Source of the DNA: Craspedostauros australis
Lineage: Eukaryota
Assembly: GCA_030167865.1 (NCBI GenBank)
Contig: JALAGF010005687.1
Span: 1-56,197 of the forward strand
Length of the DNA stretch: 56,197 bases
Reading direction: 5' to 3'
The notes under the pieces are model-generated. The model was not told the DNA's origin and searched no databases. It saw nothing but the letters and a program-made list of their open reading frames with translations. Each line of letters starts with the position of its first letter. Within the stretch, counting starts at the first letter, position 1. A program made the translations under genes and the position numbers. This document shows positions 33,575-46,369 of the stretch, in pieces.

Positions 33575-36198
33575 ATCAAGTGCGAATCAATTCAGCGCAA
33601 CGCGACGCAAATCAATGCATCGAACGTGATGCCACCAACTATGCTACGATCAGTAGTACGTGTCGTACTCGTCCAGTTCGGAACATCCGTACGCACGCTT
33701 GTATGAACAACGCCAGACATCAGACATCCGGCACAGCGCAATTTTAGAGATCAGCAAACGGCGTGGCCATGGTGGGATTGGTGTGCGCGGATTATTCTCA
33801 TGAAGAGGCCAGAAGCAGGACATGACGGACCTGCTCCTCGGTCAGCGAAGCAAACGCAACCGTTACACCACGCACACGATCGAAGCTACTCCTCCAAACG
33901 TCCTTGCGTGAATCGTCCACGCATCGATGGAGTGCCGTGCCCCGTTCGCATCCTTGCGCTCTTGTCAGTGACTGTAGAGTAACAGTAAAAAACATAACAA
34001 CAACAACAACAACACCACATCAAACAAACAGAAACAAACAGGCAACTGGAAGCACTCTAACTCTCCAAGAACACTCGTCGGCATCTCGTGGAATTGTAAA
34101 ACTATTCTTATTCAGCAACCTTTTATTACATTACATGTCGGACACCCTCGATGAAGAACACAACAAGTTTGCGGTTGGAACGACGAACTACGTACGGACG
34201 TGTGTTGTGTCAAGTATTCTCGACCATCTACTCGCGAGCATGATAGCGTGCGGCCACGATCCAAGGAGGTCGTCCCGACCGACAATCTCGATCAACTCAC
34301 CACCATCCAGGATGGAGACGCTACAACTATCAACCGTCTCATCACGCTGTGCCAAAATCCGTACAACCTCCAGAACAAGCATGGTGGCACCCCGTCGCAC
34401 CACGTCTGGCATCGTGATGCTGAAGATGATGTTTCTGGAAAGCGAAAATGTGAAGACCGATGTGAGCATCAAGAACATGGAGGGGCCGTCGGATGTCGCC
34501 GTGGCGAATGGTCACGACGGTTGAGGATGCCCCAACACGATCGCCACCTGCTCGTATCGTGGCATCTGTGCCATCGTGAAACTAGCTTCGTTTAGTTAGG
34601 CTTTGCAACAGAATTGGAATGGAATCGTGTCGCCCACCCAAACAATCGCAATGACTTTTCAAAGCTGAAATCTGAATTGTTTTTATTCATGACTGAATGT
34701 TTCATTAAAGTGGAACGGCCCCTTGCTGTCCGAATGAGACATATGAACGACACGTTTGGCGCATGTGAGTTCGTTTCTGCAGTAAGAATAGTGGATACCA
34801 ACGAACTCCCTCCACCTGGGGAGCGCGCATGACAGTTTGCCAGTTTGTCTTGAATGGACAGAGACGTAGGGAATGCGTAGGACTCGTACTATCGCGACAT
34901 GACGCTCTTGTTGGCGCCTTCGCTGCGCCTGACACGACAAGAGCGTGCCGAATTCATCACAATGACGATGACGACCGTCGCGATGGTGGTCATGATTGGT
35001 CGATTCCGTTTGTTCGTTCGTTCTTGGTGGTGGTTGGATCGGAACCACCATCATCCGTTGCACCAATGCGAGGGTGGTACCAATACTGTGTGGCAGAGGC
35101 GAAGAGCCAACCACCTGTGTTGGATACTCAACACTTCCAGTCTCCCATGCCTATCTCGAGATTCTTTTCACCAAATCTCGACAACACCACAACAACCAAA
35201 GCGCCAAACCTCAAAGCATCTGCTCTAAATCTGAATTCATCGGCATTGGAATCGAAGCAGTGTTCACATACACACGCACCAGCACACAGAAACACACAGA
35301 CACAGAGAAAGTCCAGAACAACTGCACCAATCCACTTCACTGCGCTCCGCCATCGATCGTATTGTGCTTCACCACGACACAAACTCGATCATCACTTCAC
35401 CGCGAACGTTGTTGTTGGCGTTGTTGTCATTGCCAGAGAGAGTATCATTGCCGTTCCCACACTGCACGAAGGAGTGTCCAAACAGCAACCACGAAAGAAC
35501 ATAAAATCCCCACCAGAAAGCAGCACACAGGAACGACGTTGCGAAGAAAGAAGATCTTGGGTCGTGATTTGGTGTTGAGGTTTGCGCTGGCGCACGAACA
35601 GAAGAGACATCGTGAAGGCTGTTTTCGTGTCAGTAGCACACACAAGGTGTTCGTACACCGTCACACGACAAAGACAAAAGAGTAGGCACGAACAGGCAAG
35701 AGCACAAAACGACCGAGCGACGCTTCTTCTGAGCAGTGAGACTCGCAACCGGAACACTTGAGAGTTTGGAGGCGAAGAATCTGGAGGAACAAAAGTTGGC
35801 CGACGGCAACGAGAATCCGATCGTTGGTGAAGACGGCACAAGAACGGGCAAGACACGCACGCACGCAGACAGAGAGACACAGACAGCAACACGAAACCGA
35901 TCCTTCGCGGCGAAGCACATTGCATACTGCGTACGGAACATCACAGCACGAACGCTGGAATACAATCGAAACCAAGACTCCTCAACACAACGCGACACAA
36001 CACAACACAAGAGTAACACAAGAGCAACGCAGACAGAGGAACAACCAGAGCGCCCTCATCATAAAATTGCACAACTTGCCACCCACAACGTGACACAACG
36101 CGACATAGCGCAACACATCAGCACTCGGGACAAAAAGCGAAGCCACGCCATCAACACCACTCACAGCGACAACAACAGCGCCACTCAGTGACAACAAC

Positions 36199-38255
36199 AT
36201 GACAATGAACACCATGAAGAGAAGGTCGAGACTGCGCCGCTTGCTTGGCTTCGCAGACGGCAGCGGCAAGGCCTCGCAGGCAGCGCTGAGCCGCCTGGAT
36301 TCCGATGATGTGCCAGAGGCAGAGGTCTCCTCCACCTCCAGCGGCGTCGCCAGCCACACCAGCAGCAACGGCGACCTCGGCTCCTTCTTCGAGTCCAGCA
36401 CTCCGGCGGAGGACCCGTACCAGGACGTCCGCGAGCGCATGGAGGAGCTGGCAGCCAAGGACAGGGCCATGTTCGCCACGCACGACGAGCCATCGCAACT
36501 CCATGACCTCAGCTTGCCTGCCTTCGCCGCTTACACCACCTACCTCGGCTACGCGGTCCTCATCGTCTGCGGACACATCCGCGACTTCTTCTCGCGCTTC
36601 CTCGGCGGCCGCTACTCCTCCAGGAGCAGCACCTTCGCCAGCGACAACCTCAGCCTCTACGCTCCCCTCCTCAAGAGCTGGGAGAACTTCTACACCAGGC
36701 GCCTCTACCACCGCATTCAGGACTGCTTCAACCGCCCCATCGCGTCCAACCCAGGCGCCACCATCCAGGTGCTCGAGAGAGTCAGCGACGACGGCAACAA
36801 GACCATGAAGCTGCTCGGCACCCTCTCCGATCTCGACAACGACAGCCAGCGCGAGCTCTACTCCAACGGGGACCACTTCGTCGCCGTCTCAGACGACCGC
36901 GTGGCCCGCCAATGCATCAACCTCGGCAGCTACAACTACCTCGGCTTTGCCGATGACTGGCAGGTCACCTGCGCACGCGACGTCATCGCCAGTCTCGACG
37001 ATCTGCCCGTCTCCATGTCCGCGTCTCTCAACGAGTTCGGAACCACCACCCGCCACCGCGAACTGGAGCGCCTCGTGGCCAGATTCATGGGCAAGGAGGA
37101 CGCCCTCGTCCTCAACATGGGATTCAACACCAACGCCACCACCATCCCAGCATTGGTGGGACGCGGAGACCTCCTCATCTCAGACGAGCTCAACCACACC
37201 AGCATCGTCAACGGCGCAAGAGGCAGCGGCGCCGCCATCCGCATCTTCAGGCACAACGACATCGACAACCTAGAGAACGTCCTGCGCGAAGCCATCATCA
37301 TGGGCCGCCCACGAACACGCCGTCCGTGGAACAAGATCATGGTCGTCGTCGAGGGCATCTACAGCATGGAGGGCGAGTACTGCGACCTGGCCAACGTGGT
37401 CCGCGTCTGCAAGAAGTACGGCGCCTACGTCTACCTCGACGAGGCACATTCCGTCGGCGCCATGGGCCCAACGGGACGCGGCTGCGCCGAGTACTGCGGT
37501 GTCGACACCGCCGATATCGACATCATGATGGGAACGTTCACCAAGTCATTCGGTGGCATGGGTGGCTACATCGCCGCCTCCAAGGACACCATCGCATTCC
37601 TTCGCCAACGTTGTGCCGGAAGCGCCAACCATAACTCGCTCTCGCCTGTCGTCTGCCAGCAGGTCATTTCCAGCTTCAAGGTGAGTTCCGAGTCCTTGCG
37701 AGCGCCTTCGCAATCATCACATGCGCATTTGCTGAACGCATTCCTGGCTGTATCACCGAATGTATTCGATCTGTTGCTTGCTTGCTTTCTGTTGCACGCC
37801 CATCGCGACTTGATACTCAACGTATTTCAATTTCCGCCTCGTCCGTTTCCTTCACCATGCCTTGACGCCAATTTGCTGAACTTCCGCAGGTGATCATGGG
37901 AGAAGATGGCACAAACATCGGCAAGCAGAAGATCCAAGCGCTGCGGGACAACTCCAATTACTTCCGCATGCGTCTGCAGGCCATGGGACTGCACGTGCTG
38001 GGACATTACGACAGCCCCATCATGCCTGTCATGCTTTACAATCCCACCAAGATCGCTGCCTTCTCGCGAGAATGCCTCCGCAGAGGTTTGGCCGTCGTCG
38101 TCGTAGGCTTCCCGGCCGTGCCCATCCTCACGTCGCGTGCACGATTCTGCATCTCCGCAGGTCACACACGCGAGCAGCTCGATCGCGCGTTGGATGAGAT
38201 CGACGACATCGCAGGCACGCTGAAATTGAGATACAAGACATCCATCTTCGGTTAG
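36199..38255 (+). CDS. LCB2: Serine palmitoyltransferase long-chain base subunit 2 (exons 36199-37680, 37890-38255)
   Basis: ENFYTRRLYHRIQDCFNRPI, CINLGSYNYLGFA, VEGIYSMEG, DEAHS, PLP-lysine motif GTFTKSFG, VVVVGFPAVPILTSRARFCISA. GTGAG..GCAG intron at 37681-37889. Confidence 0.96.
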
Positions 38256-40289
38256 ACAGACAGTGCCGCATACGCACGGAGGATCTTGTTGGCTCAAGTG
38301 CCGATGATCACGTGTCTTTTGGTGTCAATCGTCCTGACATTCGTTGGTCGATGCGGGTCTCATCTGTTGCTTACGATCTACGAACAACTCACATGTACCG
38401 TGCGCAGGAGCAACAAGCAAGCCAACGTGGATTGCAACCACGTCCTATCAACTACATCAACGTTGCATGAATGGAAATGAAACAGATGGATGTCGGAGTG
38501 GCTTGATGGCCATGCACGAATAATGGCATCAGAAGGGACTGTCAATACATGAAGGAGCACAGCAACACAACCAAACAAAACGCTCTGCAACTGCTGCCGT
38601 GGCCACAACGCATTGCTGAATCCTCTATCGTCGAGAGGATAACATCGTGCTAATGGAACTACTGAAGTCCACTCGTATGGTACAAGTAACAATGTTCACA
38701 TATAAAATACAATGTACTCTACTCTACGATTACACCATGTAATTCAAAGGAAGAGCTGCACGATGGCAGCATTCGGACGGAGTCGAGCCCAGTAGACACA
38801 CAAGGAGGTGGTTGTATGCAACGTATTATGCCTTACAACTACAACTATCATACGAGAGCAAGTACAGCCGGAAGGCAGCAACATCACCGAAGCTCTCCTG
38901 CGAGTACTTGGATGATCGGAGAGGTCAGGGTTCGCAACGAGCAAGGGGATGGCAACCCAGGCGACATGTGTTCTCATTCACATGATTCCATTCCTTCGTT
39001 GGAGTGCGTCACGGATGTGGTGTTGCTTTGCGCTGTGTGCGACCCGCGAGATGTCGCCAGTACGGGCAAGATTGGGCGTTCGCATGCCGTGTGTACTCTT
39101 GGTTGGCTTCGTCGATGCGGAAGGAGGAGAAACGATCAACGAAGAAGAGTTTCGCGGAAGCCACGAAATGAATGAACTGTGAATTCCAGATGATAACGTC
39201 CGTACTAACGTCTCGACAAATTTGGGGACGCGTGACGTGCCTCGTGTTCGTTTTTGCTTCAACAATTTTCAACAAAGGCTGACACCGATGATCGATCTTG
39301 TTCTGTGATTTGGAATGATGATTGCTGTTGAGAACAGTTCTTCTGTCTGATGGGTGGATGGGCACATGGATGGATGGATGGTGTGCGTGTTGTGCGTGTT
39401 GTGTTTGGGTGTTGATGTTCATTTCTCCTCTGTTCCTTCTTTCTCTCTGGACTGTGTTCAGCGAGAACGTTCCTTGTTTGGGTTTTGCTGTCAAGAAAAG
39501 TTTCACCACGCTGCGTGATCTGCGAGGCAGAACATTCACAGCGTGCGCGCGCAAACACTCCACGATCAACCGCATCCGTCAGTCAGTCGGTCGCCATCTT
39601 GACTTCTTGATTGATTGCTTCTCGGTTGTCCGAGCAACTGGAGATCGACACATCAAGCCAAGAGACAGGCAAACAAGAGAACACTCAGACAGAGAAATCA
39701 GAGCAATCAGAGCAATCAGATAGCGGCAAAGAACAGAACAACGACCTTTGTTGATCAGAAAGATTTGGTTCTTCCATCCTTCTCTCCATCCCCCCATCAC
39801 CATTCCTTCCTCCTCCGTCTGTTTCCATTCATCCATCACCAAGCCATCCTTCTCTTCGTGCACCATTGTTGGCAGTAGGAGAATCGAATAGGGCAGAGCA
39901 GAGCACAAACAGGGCCATTCTCTCCTCTCTTCATTTCTTCATCTCTCCATCTCTTCATCTTCATCCCACCTACCTATTGTATAATATAATACTTATTATA
40001 TTCCTGTACTGCAACGGCTGCATACATCTGCACATTCATACACTCCATACTCTACTCTCCCAATAGTCCCCGTTGAACGCACAGGAGAGATCTTCAAAGC
40101 AAAGCAAAGCAGAACACCCTGCTCCACGCCATACTCGGACAGATACCTTCTTCCGAGAAAGCAACCACGCAAGTGCAAGCGTCGCGGATCTGTGCAAACA
40201 CGAACATCAAGATCAACGACGGCACGCTACGAGCACGAGCAGCAATTGTCAACATTGACGTCACAATCCGCAGAACCAATCCATCAATC

Positions 40290-40343
40290 AACCAAGCTAA
40301 CAACCAAGCTAACAACCAAGCTAACAACCAAGCTAACAACCAA
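40290..40343. repeat. 12-bp tandem repeat (AACCAAGCTAAC) x4.5 in the 5' leader of the BSD gene
   Basis: Directly visible perfect tandem copies about 20 bp upstream of the ATG. Confidence 0.9.
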
Positions 40344-40362
40344 CTGCAGCTTCCTTCCGATC

Positions 40363-42042
40363 ATGAACGAACCAAACGCTGAGGTCGCGACCGAGAGAAA
40401 CATGGCCTCGGGCGCAAATGCAAACGCGACCGCTCCCGATCCATCCGCTACGATGGCGCGAAATTTCGACTACAACCATTTCCAGCCCAAGGCCACCATC
40501 GACACGCAGAATTCCGGCGCCACCACACCCGCCACGGACTCCTACAGCTTCTCCACCGCCGACGATGACGGTTCCGCGGCCAGCTCGCAGGCAGCAGCAA
40601 GCAACGCCACCGGATACGGGTGGCTCGGAGGCATCACGAGCGACTTCAGAAGCCTCGCCACCTCGATCAAGAGCACCGTGCCGCAGGCCATTGGCGATTT
40701 CGCAGACTTCGTGCACCAGTCCGCCATCCACGTGGCCGCCGAGATCGCGGAGCTCGAGAGGGAGCAGGATGCCCGCTGTCAGCAGCAGCTGCAGGAACGG
40801 CGGGGGACTCCGAAGAAGAACGAGCAGTCCAACGACGCCGTCTCCTTGGCGTTTCCCTGGGAAGTTAAGCACGCATCCAACGGCGAACCGCGCGGCGGCG
40901 ACGAACGGCAGGATTCCGATGCCGTCTACCTCACAGACCAGAAACTCATGGATCTCATCCTCGACATCAGCTTGCATCAAGACAGCTTCTTGCAGCCATT
41001 CCCCATGGGCGCCACAGCCTCCAACATAGCGCCCCTCGATGCAGCCCAGCAGGATCTCGTGGCGAGGATCTTGGATGTCGACGACAAGCTGAGCGCCATG
41101 TTCTCACATCTGTCCGGTGAGTTCCTGATTCGTACAATATGGTGTGCGTGGCGTGTCATGCCGAGAATTCAACACTTCACGACTTCTTGAGGACGAACTC
41201 AATGAGAATTCCGCACATGTCGCAAAATGATTCGCGTCCTTCACGATACTTGCGTGCCAAGCCGCTCGCTCGGTTCGTGGAGTGCTCACCCATTTTTATT
41301 GGCTTCAACTTCCTTGCTCTATTTTTTCCCATCTTATTATATTCCTTGCGTCAAACTCTCATCGTGTTGCATGTGGCATCTATGCACAGCCCGGGATGGG
41401 TTCGACGCGACTTTGTTTTGGAGGAACTACCTCAACCGTTGCGAGGAAGTCAGGCAAATGTATTTCAATGGCGACGGCACCATCCCATCGGTTCAGCGGT
41501 TGATCAGTTCCGATCCAAGCAGCCGTAATTGTCTCGACACTGCCGATGCACTTGGAGCAACCGCCAACACAACCGCCGGCGGCGGCAAGAAGAACGATAA
41601 CATCTGCGATATCAGCGATCTCACCACGAAGGAAGATGAAATCAACACACACCAATCCAATGCAACCACAGCTGCGACCACACTTGCAACCAAAAATGCA
41701 ATCGCATCAGGCGGCGAGGCCAGCGGTTCGGCGCAACCATCCGCGAAGCAGGAACCAAAGGTGATTCGGCTTGTCATCGATCCGGCCGTTGTCGGCATGG
41801 CCTCTTCAGACGCACCAGCTTTGGCATCGGCACCCAATCATGAGACCAGCGCAGATACGCAGGATGATGGATCCGGTGACGCACCTGCCAAATGCGCCAC
41901 ATCGTCGTCGCTGGTACTGGCCGATGACTCCTCGCTCGTTCCGGCGTCGCTTGCCGATGATTCCTCCTACGTCATCCCATCAGCACCTCCCAGCACTATG
42001 TCGATAGAGGATATGGTCGTCGTGAGAGACAGCTGCAACTGA
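40363..42042 (+). CDS. BSD-domain-containing protein (exons 40363-41116, 41390-42042)
   Basis: FPWE...LMDLILDIS...FLQPFP...ARILDVDDKLSAMFSHLS|ARDGFDATLFWRNY shows the BSD FWxxY signature after removal of the GT..AG intron 41117-41389. Confidence 0.8.
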
Positions 42043-43261
42043 AAACGGCGGCGGCAACAACACTGGGAGATATGCACGCACACACACACACACTCCACGG
42101 TGCCTGCACCAAAACCATACTGCCAACGGTGGCATGCCAGCATTTCGCACTCATGCCATATTCATACGTATGGCGAAACAGGACCGCTCCGCCGTCGACA
42201 GTGACGGTAGATGTTGGAAGGGGGAGAATTGGAGTGTGGAACTGAACAAAGGCAGAAGTCGCAACGGGGTGGGCAGCATGGTCGTTGAATGCTGCAGCCT
42301 CTCTCTCTGCTGCTCTGTGCACCATGTCCTCATGTGTGCTGACTGTATCGCTGCGAGCACCATCGATGGGCAGCATCTGTGTATCGTACTTGTCATCTTG
42401 CGGGGAAATCACAACAATATCACAACAGTATCATAACGCTGCGAAATCAGCAGCCAAGTCGCGATCCTCCTGCTGTTCGACAGGTACGACGGAGTACAGA
42501 TCGATTGCCTGGATCGCAACCAACATCTCATGGAATGATAATCAGCTTATCATACGTAGAAAACCTCCGTGTCAATGATCTGGTTGCAACAGCAACAACA
42601 ACTCAAATAGAGAACCTGGATGCATGTGAGTAATAATAGTATTTGTGTGCACGGACATTGAATTGGATTGTTCCTTGGAGCTCTACGCATCACGCGTATG
42701 CAATCCATGACTCTGCTGCTTTGCTCTTCGATGTGCTTGGCGTGTGTCGAGCGAAGAGGCGCAGCGTATGTCGTGATGGATTTAGGCGGAGGATTAAACC
42801 ATGGTGAAAACAACAAATGACAGACGACAAACGGGATTCACGGCGAAATAAAATAATACGAGTATTTATTCCATTGCGACAGTCAATCCCGTATTTGTGA
42901 AATCACGACCAATCAAGGTACTCAATAAGCCCCTAGTCAATGTGCAGCGTACACATGGACGTTTATATATTATTTGCCGCATACTCCAACGAGTCAACAA
43001 CAACCAATTTGAAGCGCGTTGGAAAAATTGAGCACCATGATGATTCAATGTGCACATGCCTTTGAGATCAAGCTGTTGATGAACACGGCAGCAGTCCTCT
43101 GGAGTAGGCTTTGGCATGGACAGTGCCAACACACACGCACGCACGAACACACAACAACATAAACATCAACATGACCACACAACGGACGTATTCATGGCTT
43201 GACGAATGCTAGTTAACTGTAGTGTTTGCTTGCTTGTTCGCTCGCCTCCCGCCTTGACAAT

Positions 43262-46200
43262 CTACGTCAAACTCATGAGTTCCCGCATCATTAATTCATC
43301 CTCCTTCTTCACGAAGCGGCCCTTCACACGCAGACGGCTGTCGGCAAAGTTCTTGCGCACGTCGTACTTGACAGTCTTGGTCCACACCCTGTGGTTGCGC
43401 TTTTCCAAGAATCGTTGGATGCGCACCTTGCGGCTTTGTGGCGAATAGGCGCCCACCCAGTCCTTGGGCCGTTCGACGTGGAGCAACCCATCCTCGCCGA
43501 TCTTGCTGCGAAGGTTGGGATCGCTCAACGATCGAGGTCGTCCGCATCCGGGGATGTGCTCCTCACGTTCCTCCTCCTTCTGCTGCTCCTTCTTTTCGCG
43601 TTTCTTGCGCTCCTTGTCCAGCTTGAGGCGTTCCTTGCGTTCCTTCTTTTCCAGCCGTATTCGCTTCTTCTCCTCCTTGATGCGCCGCTTGTGCTCGGCC
43701 TTCATCTCGCGCGTTGTCATGCCGGTAGTGTCAAAGTCGTACGTCGGTGGTTCGGCCGCTCCGGATTTGCGCGCGCCGCCAGTTTTGCCGGTGTTCTGGG
43801 CATTCATCAGGCGGCTGAGGTTGCTCATGCCGCCTCCACGACCGCCGCGACCACCCCGTCCAGTCCCTCTTCCACCCCGACCTCCACGACCGCCACGTCC
43901 AGCCCCGCGACCGGTCCCCTTCTTGCGTCCTGGACGGCGGTCGGCCGGATTTCCCGCGCTCATGTTCGTATTCATGCCATTGCTAATCGGCTTGCTGTGA
44001 TCATCATGCTCGATGATCATGTCATTCTGATTCTGATGATGCTGACCGTCCATGTACTGATCGTTGCCTTCGCCACTGTGGTTGGCGTATCCGTAATTGT
44101 TGCTGTTGTTGTAAGTATTGCCCATGTCATGTTCGTTGGCATCTCCAGGACGAACCCCAGTGGGATGCTGAGGATGGCGCTGGCCGTTGCCCCCGTTCGC
44201 TTTGTCCCGCGGCGATTCCATCCACTTGCCGTAGTGCTCCTGCTCCTGCTGTTGCGAGGCGACACCGATGAGCGCAGAAAAGAGAGAGTTGGATCGATTG
44301 CGCGTGTTTTGCTGATCCACTGACCACACGGAGTTGGACCTCGATCGCATACCGACGCTCTGATCGAATGAGAACATGGAGCCGGACCGCGATCGGGTTC
44401 CATTGGCGATGTTCAAGAAGTCGTTGGCGGTTGGCCCCATGTCGCCGCCGAACTCCATCTCCCCGATGCCGTCGGATTCTAGGTGAGGCGTGACCGTGCT
44501 GGGAGCATCCGCTGTGGATTGCGCCGTCATCATCATCATCATCTTCTTGGGATCTTGTGACGATAACAAGGCGGGTGGCAGCTTCATGGCGGACGTGGAG
44601 GATGCCACGGAGGCGACGGAAGCTGTCGATGATGGCGGCGGTGGTGGGGAAAGACCGGAATGAAGCTGCTGCACCGCCTGTCCCTCCAGACTGTCCTCCA
44701 CCGTCATGTAATCCAAATCCAGATCGCCGAAGAGGTCGATGTCCTGTGTGGCAGCACTGGCCAAGGCTCCGCTGTTGATGATATCCTGTAACATGGACTG
44801 ATCACCCTCGTCGTACTTGTCAATGGCGGCCTGCAGCTCGTTGTCGCCCGAGATGAGCAAGTCCTTCATGATCGCCTTCTGTTCTCTGTCAATGAGACCC
44901 TTCTCCTCCAACACGGCCGCGGATCTCAAACGTTCCGAAACGCTCTGCAGGTCGATTGGTGGTGCCGATTCGATTGACAGCGGTGAATCGATCGATGCAC
45001 GAGGAACAAAGGACGAGAAGGGAGGGAGGGGCACGGGTGAGGGGATCGGCGAAGTTTCAAACGAGACAGATGAGGAGGGCGACATGGAGAGAGGAGAGAA
45101 AGAGTGTGTATGCGTATGCGTTTGCGGAGATGGCGAATAGTCGGAATGCATGGATGTCAGTGACTGTGTGAGTGGAAGGGAAAAGAGGAGATCTGAGGCA
45201 GGGAGGTTGTGCAGAGGTTCGAAACTTACTCCGGCTCTCTGTCGCTTGCCAAAGTGCGATGCCTCGTAGGATGTCGCGAGCTGCGAGGGCGGTGTCCGTG
45301 AAAGGGGTTGACCGACGGCTTTGGGCGGCATGGAAAGATTGGGATCGCCATTGAGGATGTTGCTCATGAAGCCGCTGCCCGACGATCCGACAGATCCTGG
45401 TTGCGAAGACGGAGCAGATGGCGGGTTGGCGGCAGGAATGGGTATGTTGGCTGTCGTTGCGACTCCGTTAAAGGTGGAGCCCATGGTGGCGGCATTGCCG
45501 TTGAGGTTGGCGCTGGTGGTGATATGTGCGGTGCCTGAGACTGACGAATGCGCCTGTTGCAGAGGCGGTAGGGCCACGGGCGCAGGGGCTGCGGCGTGCC
45601 ATCTGTTGCCGTTGCCATCCGTATCGTATGGAGTATTATGTGATGCTGCAGCTGGTGCTTGCATCTGCGCATGCACTTGAGCGTGTGCTGGCATTGGTAT
45701 TGATGGTGTGATGGATGCTGGATCTGCAGAACTGTCGCATGTCGATGAATGTGCATACGGTTGGTTTGGAATTTGAGCATGTGTCTGTGTCTGAGTATGT
45801 GTCTGTGTCTGAGTATGTGGATGTGTTTGGAAATGTGGATTCGCATGTATTTGTTCTTGCGCTTGCGTTTGTTCTTGCATCAGGGAATGGGCCTGACCGG
45901 GCTGATGAGTGGGTGCGTGTCCAGTTGAAAGAGCAGGCAGGCCTGAAGGAGCGATAGGTTCTGTTGTTGTTGATGATGATGTCGTTGCTGGTGTGGTTGC
46001 CGCAGCCATGGCCGCACCAAGCCCACCAAGCGGTGGATGGTGGTCCAGCGTGGATCGTTCCGAGAGGTTGTGTACCTCAGTCGACCTGCCGCTGCTGGTG
46101 ATCGTAATGTTCATGCCATCGATGTGAGACTCATCGAACTTGCCTTCCACGAGATGTGCGATCGTTCTGCCACTCTCCGTCATCGAAAAGTCGATATCGA

Positions 46201-46369
46201 TGTCAGCACCCGTAACTTCTGGCTTGATTGGGAATGCAGCCAAGGCGGTTGCTGGTGGCGCTGTTGTCACAACAGATGTGGCGCCTGGTCCTTGACTGAG
46301 GCCGTTCGGGCCACCTGTGGATGCAGCTGAGCCTTCCATGAGCACGAAGACGCGCCTCTTTGGGTCCAT
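43262..46369 (-). CDS. CCT-domain (CONSTANS/TOC1-like) transcriptional regulator (likely exons 46369-45230 and 44944-43262)
   Basis: C-terminal CCT motif RKVRIQRFLEKRNHRVWTKTVKYDVRKNFADSRLRVKGRFVK. The GTAAGT..GCAG in-frame intron 44945-45229 joins KRQRAG to SVSERLRSAAVLEEKGLID. The start codon is uncertain (46369 or 46339). Confidence 0.92.
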   Translation of the reverse strand: MDPKRRVFVLMEGSAASTGGPNGLSQGPGATSVVTTAPPATALAAFPIKPEVTGADIDIDFSMTESGRTIAHLVEGKFDESHIDGMNITITSSGRSTEVHNLSERSTLDHHPPLGGLGAAMAAATTPATTSSSTTTEPIAPSGLPALSTGHAPTHQPGQAHSLMQEQTQAQEQIHANPHFQTHPHTQTQTHTQTQTHAQIPNQPYAHSSTCDSSADPASITPSIPMPAHAQVHAQMQAPAAASHNTPYDTDGNGNRWHAAAPAPVALPPLQQAHSSVSGTAHITTSANLNGNAATMGSTFNGVATTANIPIPAANPPSAPSSQPGSVGSSGSGFMSNILNGDPNLSMPPKAVGQPLSRTPPSQLATSYEASHFGKRQRAGVSFEPLHNLPASDLLFSLPLTQSLTSMHSDYSPSPQTHTHTHSFSPLSMSPSSSVSFETSPIPSPVPLPPFSSFVPRASIDSPLSIESAPPIDLQSVSERLRSAAVLEEKGLIDREQKAIMKDLLISGDNELQAAIDKYDEGDQSMLQDIINSGALASAATQDIDLFGDLDLDYMTVEDSLEGQAVQQLHSGLSPPPPPSSTASVASVASSTSAMKLPPALLSSQDPKKMMMMMTAQSTADAPSTVTPHLESDGIGEMEFGGDMGPTANDFLNIANGTRSRSGSMFSFDQSVGMRSRSNSVWSVDQQNTRNRSNSLFSALIGVASQQQEQEHYGKWMESPRDKANGGNGQRHPQHPTGVRPGDANEHDMGNTYNNSNNYGYANHSGEGNDQYMDGQHHQNQNDMIIEHDDHSKPISNGMNTNMSAGNPADRRPGRKKGTGRGAGRGGRGGRGGRGTGRGGRGGRGGGMSNLSRLMNAQNTGKTGGARKSGAAEPPTYDFDTTGMTTREMKAEHKRRIKEEKKRIRLEKKERKERLKLDKERKKREKKEQQKEEEREEHIPGCGRPRSLSDPNLRSKIGEDGLLHVERPKDWVGAYSPQSRKVRIQRFLEKRNHRVWTKTVKYDVRKNFADSRLRVKGRFVKKEDELMMRELMSLT

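Noticed and set aside
33904..36191. Several 130-250 aa ORFs between Lsi2 and LCB2
   Set aside because: Overlapping frames, low-complexity CA-rich sequence, no codon bias or motifs. Probably intergenic DNA or a long 5' leader.
40290..40343. Short tandem repeat as a CRISPR-like array
   Set aside because: No spacers, a 12-bp unit and a eukaryotic context; it is a minisatellite.
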